64,000 nucleotides of DNA from Neocallimastix sp. 'constans'. Taxonomy: Eukaryota. Made by a program: the position numbers and the translations under genes. Under the pieces are notes generated by a model. That model had not been told where the DNA came from. It saw nothing but the letters and a program-made list of their open reading frames with translations, and ran no database searches. Below, one piece after another: positions 37,835-58,515 of this stretch; the first letter of the stretch is position 1, and each line of letters begins with the position of its first letter. The stretch is taken from assembly GCA_050613775.1 (NCBI GenBank), contig JBODTK010000123.1:372001-436000 (forward strand), given 5' to 3'.

Positions 37835-38045
37835 CTCTCTCTCTCCTCCTTGAACCACAAAAATCGAATTTACTTTAATTATTTATAAAAAGGTTCTTAC
37901 TGTTCGGAACGGGGCTGTTAGTAAATTAATAATGTTGCGTGTTATTTGATGAGAAGTTAATAAGGACAACTAAACTGTACCCAATTCCTTTGTCATACCC
38001 GGCGGTAACGACATCGACTCTCAAGACATCGACTTAGTAAGAGAA
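37835..38045 (-). ncRNA. Candidate structured non-coding RNA, family copy 3
   Basis: GC-enriched island. Stem 37895-37901/38036-38042 and minus-strand hairpins GTCGTTACC-GCCG-GGTATGAC and AAGGAATTGG...TTAGTTGTCCTT, which need G-U pairs. Five colinear blocks are shared with copy 1. Confidence 0.5.
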
Positions 38046-38514
38046 TAACTTTATTTAATTTATAATAATAATAATATAATTTCTAATTCTTCCTTATTCA
38101 TCGATGATAACATCGCATTCATTAAATTTCAGTATTCGTGACACAAATTTCAATTAATTTAATTATTATATTAATAAATTTTATTGAATAAAATACATAT
38201 CATAATTATAAATATATCACTATTATTATAAATAAATTATATAGTAATGTTTTAAAAATTACTTCAAATAAAATTTTACACAAAATTAAAGTTTTATTTT
38301 TTATCATTTATTTTTTATTTATTTATTTTTTATTTATTTCTTTTTACATGTTTTAAATATTATTTTTTTTTAAATAATTAATTTTAAAAATTTTATATTT
38401 TCAGAAACATATTTACCTAAAAATTATAATATATTATTATATAAAAATTAGTTTATGAATACATTTTTTATTAATAATTAATAAGATATTCAATGAATCT
38501 AAAAAATATTTTCA

Positions 38515-38591
38515 ATTTTCAGAATGGAAATTCATCTCATACTGTAATTCGAAATGAGCTGGGTTTAATAGCATAGTGTTTCATCATTTAA
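38515..38591 (-). ncRNA. Box C/D snoRNA, snR71-like (LSU rRNA Am2946 equivalent)
   Basis: Minus strand: box C ATGATGA (38587-38581), guide TAAACCCAGCTCA complementary to LSU UGAGCUGGGUUUA, D'-like TCGA (38552-38549), box D CTGA (38522-38519). The +5 rule points to the A of GAGC. Confidence 0.8.
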
Positions 38592-38805
38592 ATTGAAAAT
38601 ATTTTTTGTAATTCATTTTTTATTTTATAGATTGTAAAAATTACCTTTTTAAAATGTTAACATCATAAAAAAAGCGCCCTATTTTTATTATTCACATACA
38701 TGAATCTAAATATATTTATTAATAAAATATATAAATAAAATAATATTGTTAATATTATAATCTTAATAAATTATTAAAATTTTGAAATAATTTTGATTAT
38801 TTAAT

Positions 38806-38891
38806 CATTTCAGAATGAACATATACGATCTCATTAAAACATTTGTTTTCGAAGAGCTGGGTTTAGAAAAAGCATGTATTTCATCATTTAA
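38806..38891 (-). ncRNA. Box C/D snoRNA, snR69-like (LSU rRNA Cm2948 equivalent)
   Basis: Minus strand: box C ATGATGA (38887-38881), guide TCTAAACCCAGCTC, D'-like TCGA (38852-38849), box D CTGA (38813-38810). The +5 rule points to the C of GAGC. Confidence 0.8.
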
Positions 38892-39105
38892 TGATTAAAT
38901 TTTTTATAATAAAATAAAAAAAGTACCTTTTTAAAATTTATTTTTCCTTACATGTTAAATTAACAATTTCCTTTTTGTATAACATTAACAAGTAATTTAT
39001 TTTTACTATATTAAAATAAATATTTTAATAGAAAAAAAAATTATTTAATTAATATTTTATTCTTTTTAAATATTAAATATAACGGTTATCTTCTACTTTT
39101 TTCAT

Positions 39106-39185
39106 TATATCAGATACCGTCGTAGAAATGTTTAATCATTATTGAAAATTCAGTAATGCCATTATTTCTTTTTGTCATCATAAAA
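39106..39185 (-). ncRNA. Box C/D snoRNA, snR79-like (SSU rRNA Cm1007 equivalent)
   Basis: Minus strand: box C ATGATGA (39181-39175), D' CTGA (39153-39150), and guide CTACGACGGTAT complementary to SSU AUACCGUCGUAG, directly before box D CTGA (39113-39110). Confidence 0.85.
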
Positions 39186-40174
39186 GAAATTTTAACTTTT
39201 ACAAATTTCATTTATATTTTTTCATAAACTTACATTAATCCACATTTTTTTTTCCCTTGTGACCATATAGACCCATAATTAAATTTAATAATATTTACAA
39301 TTAATAAATATTAATTTATCTATATATATACTAAAATATTTCTTTCTATTAGTAAGGAGGAAGAAAAAATAAACGAATTCTCTAAATTATTTTTTATAAT
39401 AAACTTAAAAAATATGATTGGACATGAAAGATAATCAAAGAAAAATGATTGGAAAATTTTCTTAAAAAATATTAAAACTCATAATTAAAAATAATTATTA
39501 TTTATTTATAAATTTATAGTTTATAGATTTAATGTAATTAAAAAAAAAAAAAAATTAAAATTAAAAATTTAAAAGTAAAAAAAAAAAAAATTTTAATTTA
39601 TTATTATTATTTTTTAAAAGTAATAATTTTTTAAATTAAAAACATTTTTTATTTTAAATTTCAATGTTATTAAAAAATTCAATATAGAAATGGATTATTA
39701 TTCTTTAATTCATAAATAATTTTAAAAAAAAAAAAAAAAACTTTAAATATTTAAATATCATAATTTTTATATATAAAAAAATATATATATATTTATTATT
39801 TTTAAATTTTTATTTTTTTTTTTTTTATTTTTTTTTTATTTTTTTATTTTAATTTTTTTACTTTTAATAATTTATATTTTATACATTTTAATGTTAAACA
39901 AACTTATTATTTTTATGTATTTATATATATATATATTTTTATGTATTATTCATTATGCATTAATTTATAAATGCGTTTAATAATATTTTAATTTTTTATT
40001 TTTATTTTTTTTTTTTTTTTTTTTTTATTGTTTTATATTTTTTTTAAAAAAAAAAAAATGAATATATATTATATATTATTAATTTTTTTTTATTTTTATT
40101 TATTCATTTATTTATTTATTTATTTATTTGTATTTTTTTTTGGTAATTTCTTCATAATATAAAGATTAAAAATG

Positions 40175-40213
<39 letters not shown>

Positions 40214-40708
40214 TAAATTTAATATTTGATAAAAAAAAAAATAATAATAATAAAAATAATAATTATTGAAAATACGTTTTTTTTTTTTTTTTTTTTGGCT
40301 TTTTTTTTTTGGTTGTGTATATTTGTTATTTCTTTGCTTTTTTTTGTTTTTTTTTTTTGTTTTTTTTTTTGTTTTCTTAGTATAAAAAATATTTAAATAT
40401 ATAAAAATATATATTAATAATTAGACATAAAATGATTATTGTTTATTTTTTTAATTGTATTTTGTGTTATTTTTATATATAATTCTTTATAATTTTTATA
40501 ATTTTTTTTTTTTTTTATTTTTTTATTTTCTGTTTTTTGTTTTTTGTTTTTTCGTTATTTTTTTTTTTTTCATTCGTTTTGTTTTGCTTTGTTTTGTTTT
40601 TTGTTTTTCATTTTCTATTTTTTTTGTTTTTTTATTTGTTTGTTTGTTTAGTTATTATTTTTAATTTGGTTTATTATATTTGTTTCTGTTATTATTATAT
40701 CATGAATA

Positions 40709-40745
<37 letters not shown>

Positions 40746-41001
40746 TATTTCATATTTTGTATAAAATGTTTTTCTGTTTTTTCTTTTTTTTTTTTTTATA
40801 AATAATGTTGAAGCTTTTCCTTATATATAAATTAAATAGTTTTAAATTATAATAATATTATTAATAATAAAAAAAAAATATTTTTTGAAAAAAGAAAAAT
40901 GAAGGAAAAAAAAAATATAATAAATTTTATAAAATCTAATTTTATTTTTATTTAATATAAAATATAAAATAAAATAAAAAAAATTTTTTTTTGAAAAATT
41001 G

Positions 41002-41032
<31 letters not shown>

Positions 41033-41154
41033 TAATAAAAATAAAATGAAATAAAATAAAATGAAATAATAATAATAATAATAATAATAAAAACTTTTAT
41101 CATTAATTTTTAACTATTATTTTTATTATTATTTTTAATTAAGAATAAATTAAA

Positions 41155-44183
<3,029 letters not shown>

Positions 44184-44673
44184 TTTGATAATATATATCT
44201 TAAATATAATTCTACACGATATTAAAAGAACTTTTCCTTCTCTTTTTCTTTTTTTAATATTATTTTTTCTAAATCGTAATATTTTCCTTTTAATATATAT
44301 ATATATATATATATTATCTTAAATTTATATTTTTGAAAATAAATTTTTTTATCACTTTTTTTATATATTTATATATATATAAGTATTGTTTTATGGTATA
44401 CACTTTCTTTTATTTGTTTAAAAAAAAATAAAAATAAAAAAAAAAAAAAAAATACTTTAATAATAATTTTTATGATAAAATTAATTTACTTGTTAGTTTT
44501 ATTTGTTTTATTATTTTTAAGTTTGATTATTTATCCTTTTTTCTTATTTATTTGATTGTTGTTATTAATAATAAATTTTTTTAGAAAAAATAAATAAAAA
44601 AACAACATCAAGGAGGGTATAATATTATAATTTTGTTTATTTGCTTATTATTTATCCTTAATAAAATTAGATT

Positions 44674-44720
<47 letters not shown>

Positions 44721-47700
44721 TATTACAATATAAAATGATTAATATCAATATTTAAATAATAAAATATTATATATATATATATATATATAAAATTAAAAAA
44801 TTATATAAATACTTACTATATATATTAGATAAAAATATAAATCTAAATTAATGCTTATGTAAGCTAAAAAAATATATATATATACATAAAGTAATAATAT
44901 GTAAATAAATGAATTTAATATAAAAATAATTATAAATAATATCACTTTATCACTATCAATATAAATTTCAAATCAATTTACTATACAATATTAAAATGTA
45001 AAATTACAAAGATAAAGATTATTTATTTATAAATAAAATATTTATGAAATAATATATACTACTTTACCATTAATATTTTCTAATTTTTTTATTATTGCTT
45101 TTTTTTAATTATAAAAATTATAAAATTATCTATTAGAAATTTAATTTATTGAATATCACCATTAATATTGAATAAAATCTCTATATGATTGAAGTATATT
45201 ATTTGGAATTAATTATTAAAAAAATTATTTTTCTATTTTTACTTTTATTTTATTTAATTTTTATTTTATTTATTATTATTATTAGTATTATTAGTATTAT
45301 TAGTATTATTATTATTATTATTATTATTGATTTTGTTTTGATTTTGCTTTTTTTTTTTTTTTTTTTTATTTCTCTCTTTTACTTTGTTTTGTTTTTAATC
45401 TTTTTTCTCTCTTAATTCAATTTTATTTTAGTTTTATTATTATTTTTTTTATCACTAATTTTTATTTAATAAAATTGTTTACTATTCCATTTAATTTTTA
45501 AACATTTCCAAAATAAAATAAAAAAAAAAAAAAAAAAAATTAAAGAAAACTTTATATTATTTTATTTTATATTATCAAAGAAATTATTATATAAAAAAAA
45601 CATCAATATAAAAATAATAAGAAGAAATAAAAATTATATATTAATTATTATAAATTAAAAATAAAACTTTAAATAATAACAAATATTTTTATAATGGATG
45701 ATATATGTACATTTAATATTATTAATATTATTTGATTATTATTTATTATATTTTAATTATTATATATTAAATAAATTTTATTATTATTCATTCATTTAAT
45801 TTTTGTTATTATTACTATTATTTTATTATTATATAATTATTATTTATTATATATTTATATATAGTATTTAAACATCTAAATAAATTTTGAATATAAAAAA
45901 GTTTTTAATAATAAATAATATTATTTTAATAGAATATTATTTATTTTTTAAAAAATAATCAATAATAGTGAAATAATTAAAAAGACTTATTTAAAGAAAT
46001 TAATGATATGTATTTTAGAAATAAATGGATTTTAGTAGGAATTTTTCAAGTGGCGCATTACTAAAAGTTACATAGCCATAAATAAAAAATAAATAATATA
46101 TATATAAATAAAAAATATATATAAAAATCAATGAATAAAAATAAAATATAATAAAACATAATAAAACATAAAAAATAGGAAATAAAAAAAAATATAAAAT
46201 TTATTTATCTATTATTTTTATTTATTTTTTTCGAAATGCAACAATTTATGTATTACGCCACTATAAAATAATAAAATTTGGCAAAATGCAACTCTTCTGT
46301 ATTTTAATTTTATTTATGATATTAAGATTAGGATATTTTAATAAAATTTATAAAAGGTTAGTCATATATCAATTTTAAAATTTATAATTATGAAATTTTT
46401 TTTGTATAAATATATGTTATAGTAATATATTATGAAACAATAAAATCTTTTAGAAACCAAAGAAAAATAAAAGTTTTACTTATAAATGATTTATATGTAT
46501 AATAATGATGTATCAAACAATTTAAGTATATATATAATAATTTAGTAACTTTTTATACTTTAAAAGGTAATAAATTTTATTTATTGATATTTCGTAAAAT
46601 ACGTTTTGTAAAATTCATATTCTTCATCTATTTACATTATAATATTATATATAACATATAATATATGTATATTTTTTCCTTTTTTACACAAAAATAAATT
46701 GTTAAAACCTAATAAATAATAAGAATTTTACAATTCACAGAAAAAATAGAAAAAATATACAGACACAAATATAAATATAGATTAACTAAATATTAACTAA
46801 ATATTTTTATTCTTAAAGGTAAAATGATATGGTAAAACAAAACAAAAGAATAAAAAAATAAAAATAATTAAATTAACAGAAACTAAAAAATAATATAATA
46901 TTTTTATTTAAAATTAATATTCATTGACGTTTATAACTATAAACATATTATAAAAATCTGTAACGTTGGATTAAAAAAGGAAAAAAAAAAATATATATTA
47001 TATTAAAAAAAGTTATACTAGGATTACATATAAAAAGAAAGATTGACTATCCTTGATTTTTACTTTAATTTATCATTTAATGTTATCTCTTTTTAAATAA
47101 AGGTATATATATATTCACATATTCAATGAAAGTGAAATACATATATAAAGAAATTATTAAGATAAGCTAGTAAAAAATAAAGGCAGAAAATAAAAAATAA
47201 AAATATTATATTTAATAATAAATATTATTATTTTTTATTATTTTTTTTTTTTATTATAATTAATATACATATATTTTTATAAAATATATTTAATTATAAT
47301 TTTTATTTTTTTTTTTAATTATTAATTAAATTTCATTATTTAACTGTATAATAAAAAAAAAAAATTTTTTTATATATTTTATTTTGTGAATCTATAAATT
47401 AACTTTAAAATGATTAAATAAATAATATAAAAAATAAAAATTTTGTATTTATTGAAAAGTTTAATCAATACAATGTACATGTAATAAAAAAAAAAAAAAT
47501 TCATAAAATTTTTTACATTATATATAAATAATACTAATAAATTTTAATGTATAAATTATTATTATTATTTATTATTTAGATATTTATTATCATCAAAATA
47601 ATTTTTTTATGATATATTTTATTTTTTATTTTTTTACTTTTTTATATTTATTTATTTAATATAATTACAAATTTGTTATAATATAAATATAAATACTATA

Positions 47701-47847
47701 TATATTTTTAAGTAATTTTAAAGTATATCTAATTATTATATATTCTTTTAATTTTTTATTTTAATATATATATATTTATCTTATTTATATATTTTATATA
47801 AAAAAAAAAAAAAAGATTAAGATTAATATATTATTATTTTTTTATTA

Positions 47848-47902
<55 letters not shown>

Positions 47903-48123
47903 CACTTTTGTTAATTTTTGTTAATTAGTATCATTATTATTTTCATTTAGTATTTATTTTGTTTCAATTAATTTCTTTATATAAATTATATATTATTGCT
48001 TTACTGATTTTTTTTTAAATAATATTTTATTTAAAATAATATATATATATTATATATATTATTATTTACTTTTAAAGTATATGCTATTTTTTTTTTCTAT
48101 TATTATTATTATTATATATTTAT

Positions 48124-50820
<2,697 letters not shown>

Positions 50821-52143
50821 TTAGATTTCTTTTTTTTATTTATTTTTATATAAACGAAAATATCAATTATTAAAAAAATTAATTTTATATTCAAAATGAT
50901 TTTTATGTATAATATATTATATAAATTATATAAATCTATAAATTTAAATACATTAATATATACTTTATAAAAGTCTTAAATAAATTAAAAAAAAAAAAAG
51001 GTTTATATTATTGATTTGTGGGTTGATTATTGTAATTATTTTGGAATAATAATTTAAACCCTTTTCTATAATGATATTATTAATATTATATATTATTTTT
51101 TGTTATTTTTTTTGACCCTAAATATAAAAATTAGAAAATAATAAATAAATAAATAAATAATAATAATAATATAAGAATTAATAATTTACTATGAATATTT
51201 TTTTTAATTATAAATATTTACATAAAAAAAAAAAAAATTAAATAAAAATAACGAAAAAAAGAAAATTTTATTATTTATGATATTAAAATTTAATATTTTA
51301 TAATTTATACTGTAAGTATATATTCTTTTTATATGTATATATTTAATTTATTTATTTTTTGATTATTAAAAAATATATATTTCTTGAATTTTCATTTATA
51401 ATTATAATTTCAAGTTAATTGATAAAAAAAAATAAATAAAAATTGAGGAAATCTCTTTCGAGAGTATGTAATAATAAACAAATATATTTTGATTTAATTA
51501 TAATATATTCAAAATATTTGATAAAGACTTATTCTTATTTTTCATTCTTTCTTTTGTTTAATTTACTTTTCATTATTTTCAAATAATAATAAAAAACAAA
51601 ACAAAACAAAACATATCAAATTAAAATAAAACAAAAAAATAAAACAAAATCATTAATATTTATTACTAATTTAATTTTTATTAATAGTTAACGTTAATAA
51701 TTCATTTCAATTTTCAATTTCATTTGATGTATATAAATTTAACTTTATTAAATATTTATTTGAAAATATTTATTAAATTATGGAATTTTAATTGCTTATG
51801 AATTTATTAAATAAGCATATAAATATAATATCATTGTTTATATTTATCAAAAAATAATATTTACTTCTATTGACTTTATCTATTTTCTTTCTCTTCAATT
51901 TTTATTTTTTCATTTAAAAACTGATTATTTATTTATTTTTTTTTATTTAGCTTTTAATTTTTTTTAAAGTAGTTCAGATAGTATTATTTTATTCTATTTT
52001 TTTTTTTAAATTATTTAAATTTATTATATATATATATATATAAATATAATCTAATATATTATTTTATCTTAAAATAATTATATATATTAATTATTGTTTT
52101 TATTAATAAATAAAAATATTTAAATATCAAAAAATATTAAAAT

Positions 52144-52335
<192 letters not shown>

Positions 52336-53277
52336 TTAAATAAAAATAATAATATAATTTGATTATTTTTTTTTTTTTTATTTCTACGAAATTATTTATT
52401 TAATATAATAATTAATTTTAAATATTTAAAATAGAATAATTAAAGCTTAACACAATAATTCAATCTAATCTATATACAATGTCTAATATATGTCGAATAG
52501 TTTAGATCATATATACAAATTCAATTTTAATAAATTTACACTATATATTTAATAATAATATAATATATCTAATTATATTTTATTATTAATAGATGATACA
52601 CTAAAGGGCTATTTTCCAATTTTTTATTTTTGAAAAGTTAACTTTTTATTTCTATTATTTCTATTTATTTATTTAATTTATTTATTCATATAATACGGCT
52701 ATTCTCTTTATTTTCAAAGACAAAGAAAAGTTAATTCTTTAATTAATAAGAATAATTTATATAATAGTTATGAATAATATAATTAATAATAATTTATATA
52801 GTAGTAAAGAATAATATAATTAATAATAATAATTCATATAAAAGCTAAGAATAATAAAATTTGTAATTATATGTAAAAATAGAATGTATTTAAGCAGATT
52901 TGTTATTTCATATATTAAAAGAATATAATTATATAGTCATTTATTAGTTATTTAATATAATTAAACTAATATTAATAGATTTACATAATTTAATATTATA
53001 AAATTATAATGTGATTATAATTTATAATATTTAAATTTCTTATAATTATTAATATATATATTTGTATCTATAATAAAATTTTATATTAATTAAAGTTTAT
53101 ATTTTCAATTTATATTATAGATTATAATGAAAATTATTTTGATATTAATATATATAATAAATAATTTACATTTTTATTTTGGTAATTTTTGATTTAACAG
53201 TAACAAATAAGAAAAAAATAATAGAAGTGATATATATTAAACATAATAACTAATATAATATTGTAATGTATTTACAT

Positions 53278-53312
<35 letters not shown>

Positions 53313-53413
53313 TATATAATTTCAAAGGAATATCTAAAATAATATAATTACAATAAAAACAATAAAAATGTGAATATCAAAGATAATATTTAAAGTAATG
53401 TAGTAATAAATTT

Positions 53414-53471
<58 letters not shown>

Positions 53472-53945
53472 GGAATACTAATAATAGGAATAATATACAT
53501 TGTAATATAATATTAATAATATTAATGGTAATTGTAATTAATAATAATAATCATAAAAATATTTATAATCAGAATTATAACAATAATAGTTTTAATTAAT
53601 CGCATGTTTAATACTATTATAGTACTTTTCATTACTGTAATAATTAGATAATTTTAGTTTTACATATAATAATTGATTATAAGACATATCATTATTATTA
53701 TATAAATTATATGGTTATGTATTTTTTTGCATAATATGAAGTTAATTATATATATAATATTTAAAAAAAAATTACGTAAATGTTTTTTGTATTACCATTA
53801 TACATTATAATTTTATAACAATGATAAATTAAAAAATGATTATTATTAGCTAAAAAATATAATATATATTATATATAAAATTATTACATTCTATTAAATA
53901 AATAATTATTAATAAATCTTTCATAACTTTATAAAATAAATCCAA

Positions 53946-54501
53946 ATGTGTGGAATTTTATTTTATTTGGGAAAAAATCAGGAATCATTAAAGGTATTAT
54001 ATATTAATTTTGTTATTAATTTTTTATTAATGTTAATGTTTTATTATTATTATTGCTATTATTAAAAAGGAAAAAGATAATTTTAAAGAATGGCAGGAAC
54101 TAAAAAATAAAATTTCTTCAAGAGGTAATTTAACATATATAAAATGTTAAATAAATATATCAATTAATTAATTTTTTATTACTGCTATTATTATTATTAT
54201 TTTTTAGATAAATAGTATTATTAATATTAATTATGTACATATATATATTTTAACAAAATATAACTATATAAAATATATTTATATATAAAATTTTATAACT
54301 ATATTATAGGTCCTGATTTAACTTCGACTGAAAATTTTGATATTAGTATTACTAATGATTTAAATCAATCAAATAAATATAACATTTCATTTTATGATTC
54401 AGTTCTTCACATTCGTGGAATAGAAATTACAAAACAACCTTGTATTGATAAAAATGGAAATGTATTATGTTGGAATGGAGAAATTTATGATGGAATTAAT
54501 G

Positions 54502-54547
<46 letters not shown>

Positions 54548-54782
54548 CGAATTTATATAAAATATTCTATACTTATTAATATATGAAATTAAATATTTCA
54601 ATTTTAGTATTAATTATAACTGAATTTGAATTAATTAGGTTCCAGATAATGAAAGTGACACTTTAATTTTATCAAATAGATTAAGTGAAATCAGTTGTGA
54701 TGATAATGAAATTTTAATGAAAAAAAAATTATTAAATGTTTTTGAAATAATTCAAGGGGAATGGGCATTTATTTACTATCAA

Positions 54783-54821
<39 letters not shown>

Positions 54822-56637
54822 TATATATATGTATTTAAGTAATGTATAATTATATAATATTTTTTATGTTAAAAATATATTTTATTAAAATTGAATTAAA
54901 ATTAAAATTAAAATTATTATTATTATAATTATTAAATGTTTAAAAAAAGAAAAATCAAAATTTATTATGGTTCGGTAGAGATTACCTTGGAAGAAGATCT
55001 TTACTTTGGCATAAACCATCCAATATTAATGATGATTTTATTATAACCTCTGTAGGTCAATTGAATAATATTAATGATAATATTGATAGTAATGATAAGG
55101 ATAATTCAAACAGTAAAAATGAAAATACAGATATTAAAAAAAGGGATGACAAAACAAAATTAAATGAATCGGAGGAAGTTATTAGTACATATTGGGAAGA
55201 AATACAAGCAGATGGAATATACTGTCTTAATTTAAATAAATTATCAGTTGATAATGTAAATAAATAATAATTAATATTGTTAATAAAAGTAATAATATTA
55301 TTGTTAATATAGTTTAAATATTAATCATAATATTGTTTATGCATAATAGTTTGATAGTAATATTACAAAGTATAAATGGGCAGTTGATGAAATAAATGAG
55401 CTACATTTGGTAAATAAGTGAAATTTAATATAAATGAAATTAATTTATATTAATAATAATATATATTAATATTTTTATATAATAAACATATTAACTTTTA
55501 TATAATCTTTTTTTATATTTTTTATTTTTTATTTTTTATTTTATTTTAATAATAATTATTAATTATTTAAATAGAAAGCACCATTTTCTTTAATTAATAC
55601 GTATATTCCACAAGAAAATGAACTTTCTGAATTAGATACTTCTACAAATTTACCATTAATTAATAAACCAACTCAGAAAGCTATTGATCAATTAGAAATA
55701 GTTTTAGGTGAAGCGGTTAAAAAACGTATGACAAATATATTTGGTGAAAGGTATGATATATATGAATATTAATAATAATAATAATAAAATAATAATAATA
55801 ATATTATTATAATATAGTAATAATATTGCTGATATATATATAATTATATATTTTTTATTTATTTATTTTTAGTTGTACAGAGAGTTCAAAGGTTGGCTTA
55901 TTATTTTCTGGTGGTTTAGATTGTATGTGTTTAGCTGCATTAGCAGATAGATATGTACCAAAGCATGAACCTATTGATTTATTAAATGTTAGTTTTGAAA
56001 ATCCAAGAGTTAAAAATGTAAATCAAAAACGTAAAGAACAGCAAATTAATAATAATAAAAAGAAAAGAAAAATTGATCATATTAATCAAGAAAATAATAT
56101 GGAAAAAGATATTTATGATGTACCTGATCGTATTACAGGAAGAAGGGGTGTTGAAGAGTTGAGGTAATTATATAAGCAAAATTTAATTTGCAATTATAAA
56201 AAAAAAAAAAAAAAATAAAAATAAAAATAAAATTTTATTATATGTATTTATGTATAAAATTTATAAACATAAATCCATTTATTATTATAATAGTATTTTT
56301 TCATATTTATTATATAATATCAAATATTTAATATCTTATTATTATTATTATTAAATTTTTAATTTAATTTAGAAAAATATGCCCAGAAAGAAAATGGAAT
56401 TTTGTTGAAATTAATATAGAATATTCTGAAACATTAAAATATCGTAGACATATCATGGATTTAATTTGCCCTTTAACAACATTAATGGATTTCAGTATTG
56501 CAATGTCATTTTGGTTTGCGTCTCGTGGTAAGGGATTTATTATTAATGAAAATGGTGAAAAAATTGATTATCAAAGTAAAGCTAAAATATTATTGAGTGG
56601 TTTAGGAGCTGATGAACAGTTATGTGGTTACGGTATT

Positions 56638-56668
<31 letters not shown>

Positions 56669-56683
56669 TATTATAATTATTGT

Positions 56684-56723
<40 letters not shown>

Positions 56724-57265
56724 CTTTGATTAATAATATGACAATTATTATTTATTATGATTTAAAAAATAATTATAACTGATATATATAATATAATATA
56801 ATAAAATTATTATTATTAATTTTTTTATTTTATTTTTATTTTTATTTTTATTTTTATTTTTATTTTTATTTTTATTTTAATATAATAGGACGACATAGAA
56901 CCCATTTCAAGCATGAATCATGGAAAGGATTAATTGAAGAAACTCAATTAGATATTTCACGTATATCTACTAGAAATTTAGGTCGTGATGATCGTATCAT
57001 TTCTGATCATGGGCGTGAAGTTCGTTTTCCATATTTAGATGAAAAAGTTATGATTTATTTATGTCAATTACCTATTCATCTAAAAGCAGATCTTCGATAT
57101 CCAAAGGGTGTTGGTGAAAAATTATTATTACGTCATTTAGCAAGAAAATTAAAATTAGAAAATTCAAGTAAAGAACCTAAAAGAGCTGTTCAATTTGGTG
57201 CTAGAGCAGCAAAAATGGAACTTGGATGTGGAAAAACTAAAGGAACTGAAAAATTAAAATATTAA
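53946..57265 (+). CDS. ASNSD1: Asparagine synthetase domain-containing protein 1-like (ASNSD1/YML096W family)
   Basis: N-terminal MCGI, RGPD, SVLHIRG, LCWNGEI, WFGRDYLGRRSLLW, LFSGGLDC, IDLLNVSFEN, LSGLGADEQLCGY, RNLGRDDR, RFPYLDE and KRAVQFGAR. Confidence 0.9.
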
Positions 57266-57479
57266 AATAAAAATAACAATAGTGGAAATAATGATAAAAA
57301 ACTATAAGTTTCATTTATTATTTATTATATATACCAAAAACCTAAAATTATAAATCTTAATATAAAACTATTATTTTGATGACAAAAAAAAAATTTTTTT
57401 AAAAAGAATTTTATATTATTAATACTGATATATATATATATATATAATAAAATAATACTTTAGATAATTAGAATATAGA

Positions 57480-57538
<59 letters not shown>

Positions 57539-57835
57539 TATATAATATACTTTTAATTATTTATAATTAATACACTTTTATACATGCATGACATTATTGT
57601 TATTAATTAATAATGCTAATTTAATTTGATTTTGAGATATTAATTTTCTTTCTTTATTTTATTTTTAATTTTATTACTAATTATTATTTATTTTTTTTTT
57701 TTTATTCTTTTTATTTTTTATTCTTTTGAAAGTTATGGTAAATTTTCATATATAAATAAGAATTAAAATTTGGCTTATTTTATTTGTGTCTGTAAAGACT
57801 AATTTTTTTTTTTTTAAAAAAATATATGACTTTTA

Positions 57836-57871
<36 letters not shown>

Positions 57872-58339
57872 TTTCTATTTTTCTAATTTGTATTTAATTT
57901 TTCAAATCTCATTTTAATTTATATTTACTTTTTTTTTTATAATTTTTTTTTTAAAATAATTATTAAATATATATATAAATATATATATATAAATATTTAA
58001 ACAAATAAAATAATTTATATTTAAATATTTCAATATATGTTCTTCTTGGTTATAGCATTTAATAACTGAATTTAATATTTTTTTTTTTTTTTTTTATTAT
58101 ATATTAGAAGGTTATATATTTTGCATTTTATTTTATTATATTATTATTTTATTATTATTTTTTTTTTTTAAATTTTTTTATATTTTATTTAAAATTTTTT
58201 TTATGAATATATATAGTCTTTTTTCTGTTATATATATAAACTTTTTTTTTTTTTTTTTTTTTTTATTATTATTATTTTATAAAATTTTATAAAATGTTTA
58301 TATGAATTTTTTCTTTATATCTAAATGTATCTTTTAAAT

Positions 58340-58468
58340 TCATTTCTTGGTTTCTAATTTCTTTAATTCAGCTATGAAATCGGCACCAGTTGAAGTAATA
58401 CCAGCTAATTTTTTTTAGTTATTAATAAATAAATAAATAAATTTATTAATTAATAATTAAGTAAATAT

Positions 58469-58515
<47 letters not shown>

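Noticed and set aside
39254..39270. CCTTGTGACCATA complementary to SSU rRNA as a snoRNA guide
   Set aside because: On the opposite strand to the cluster, with no flanking C or D boxes.
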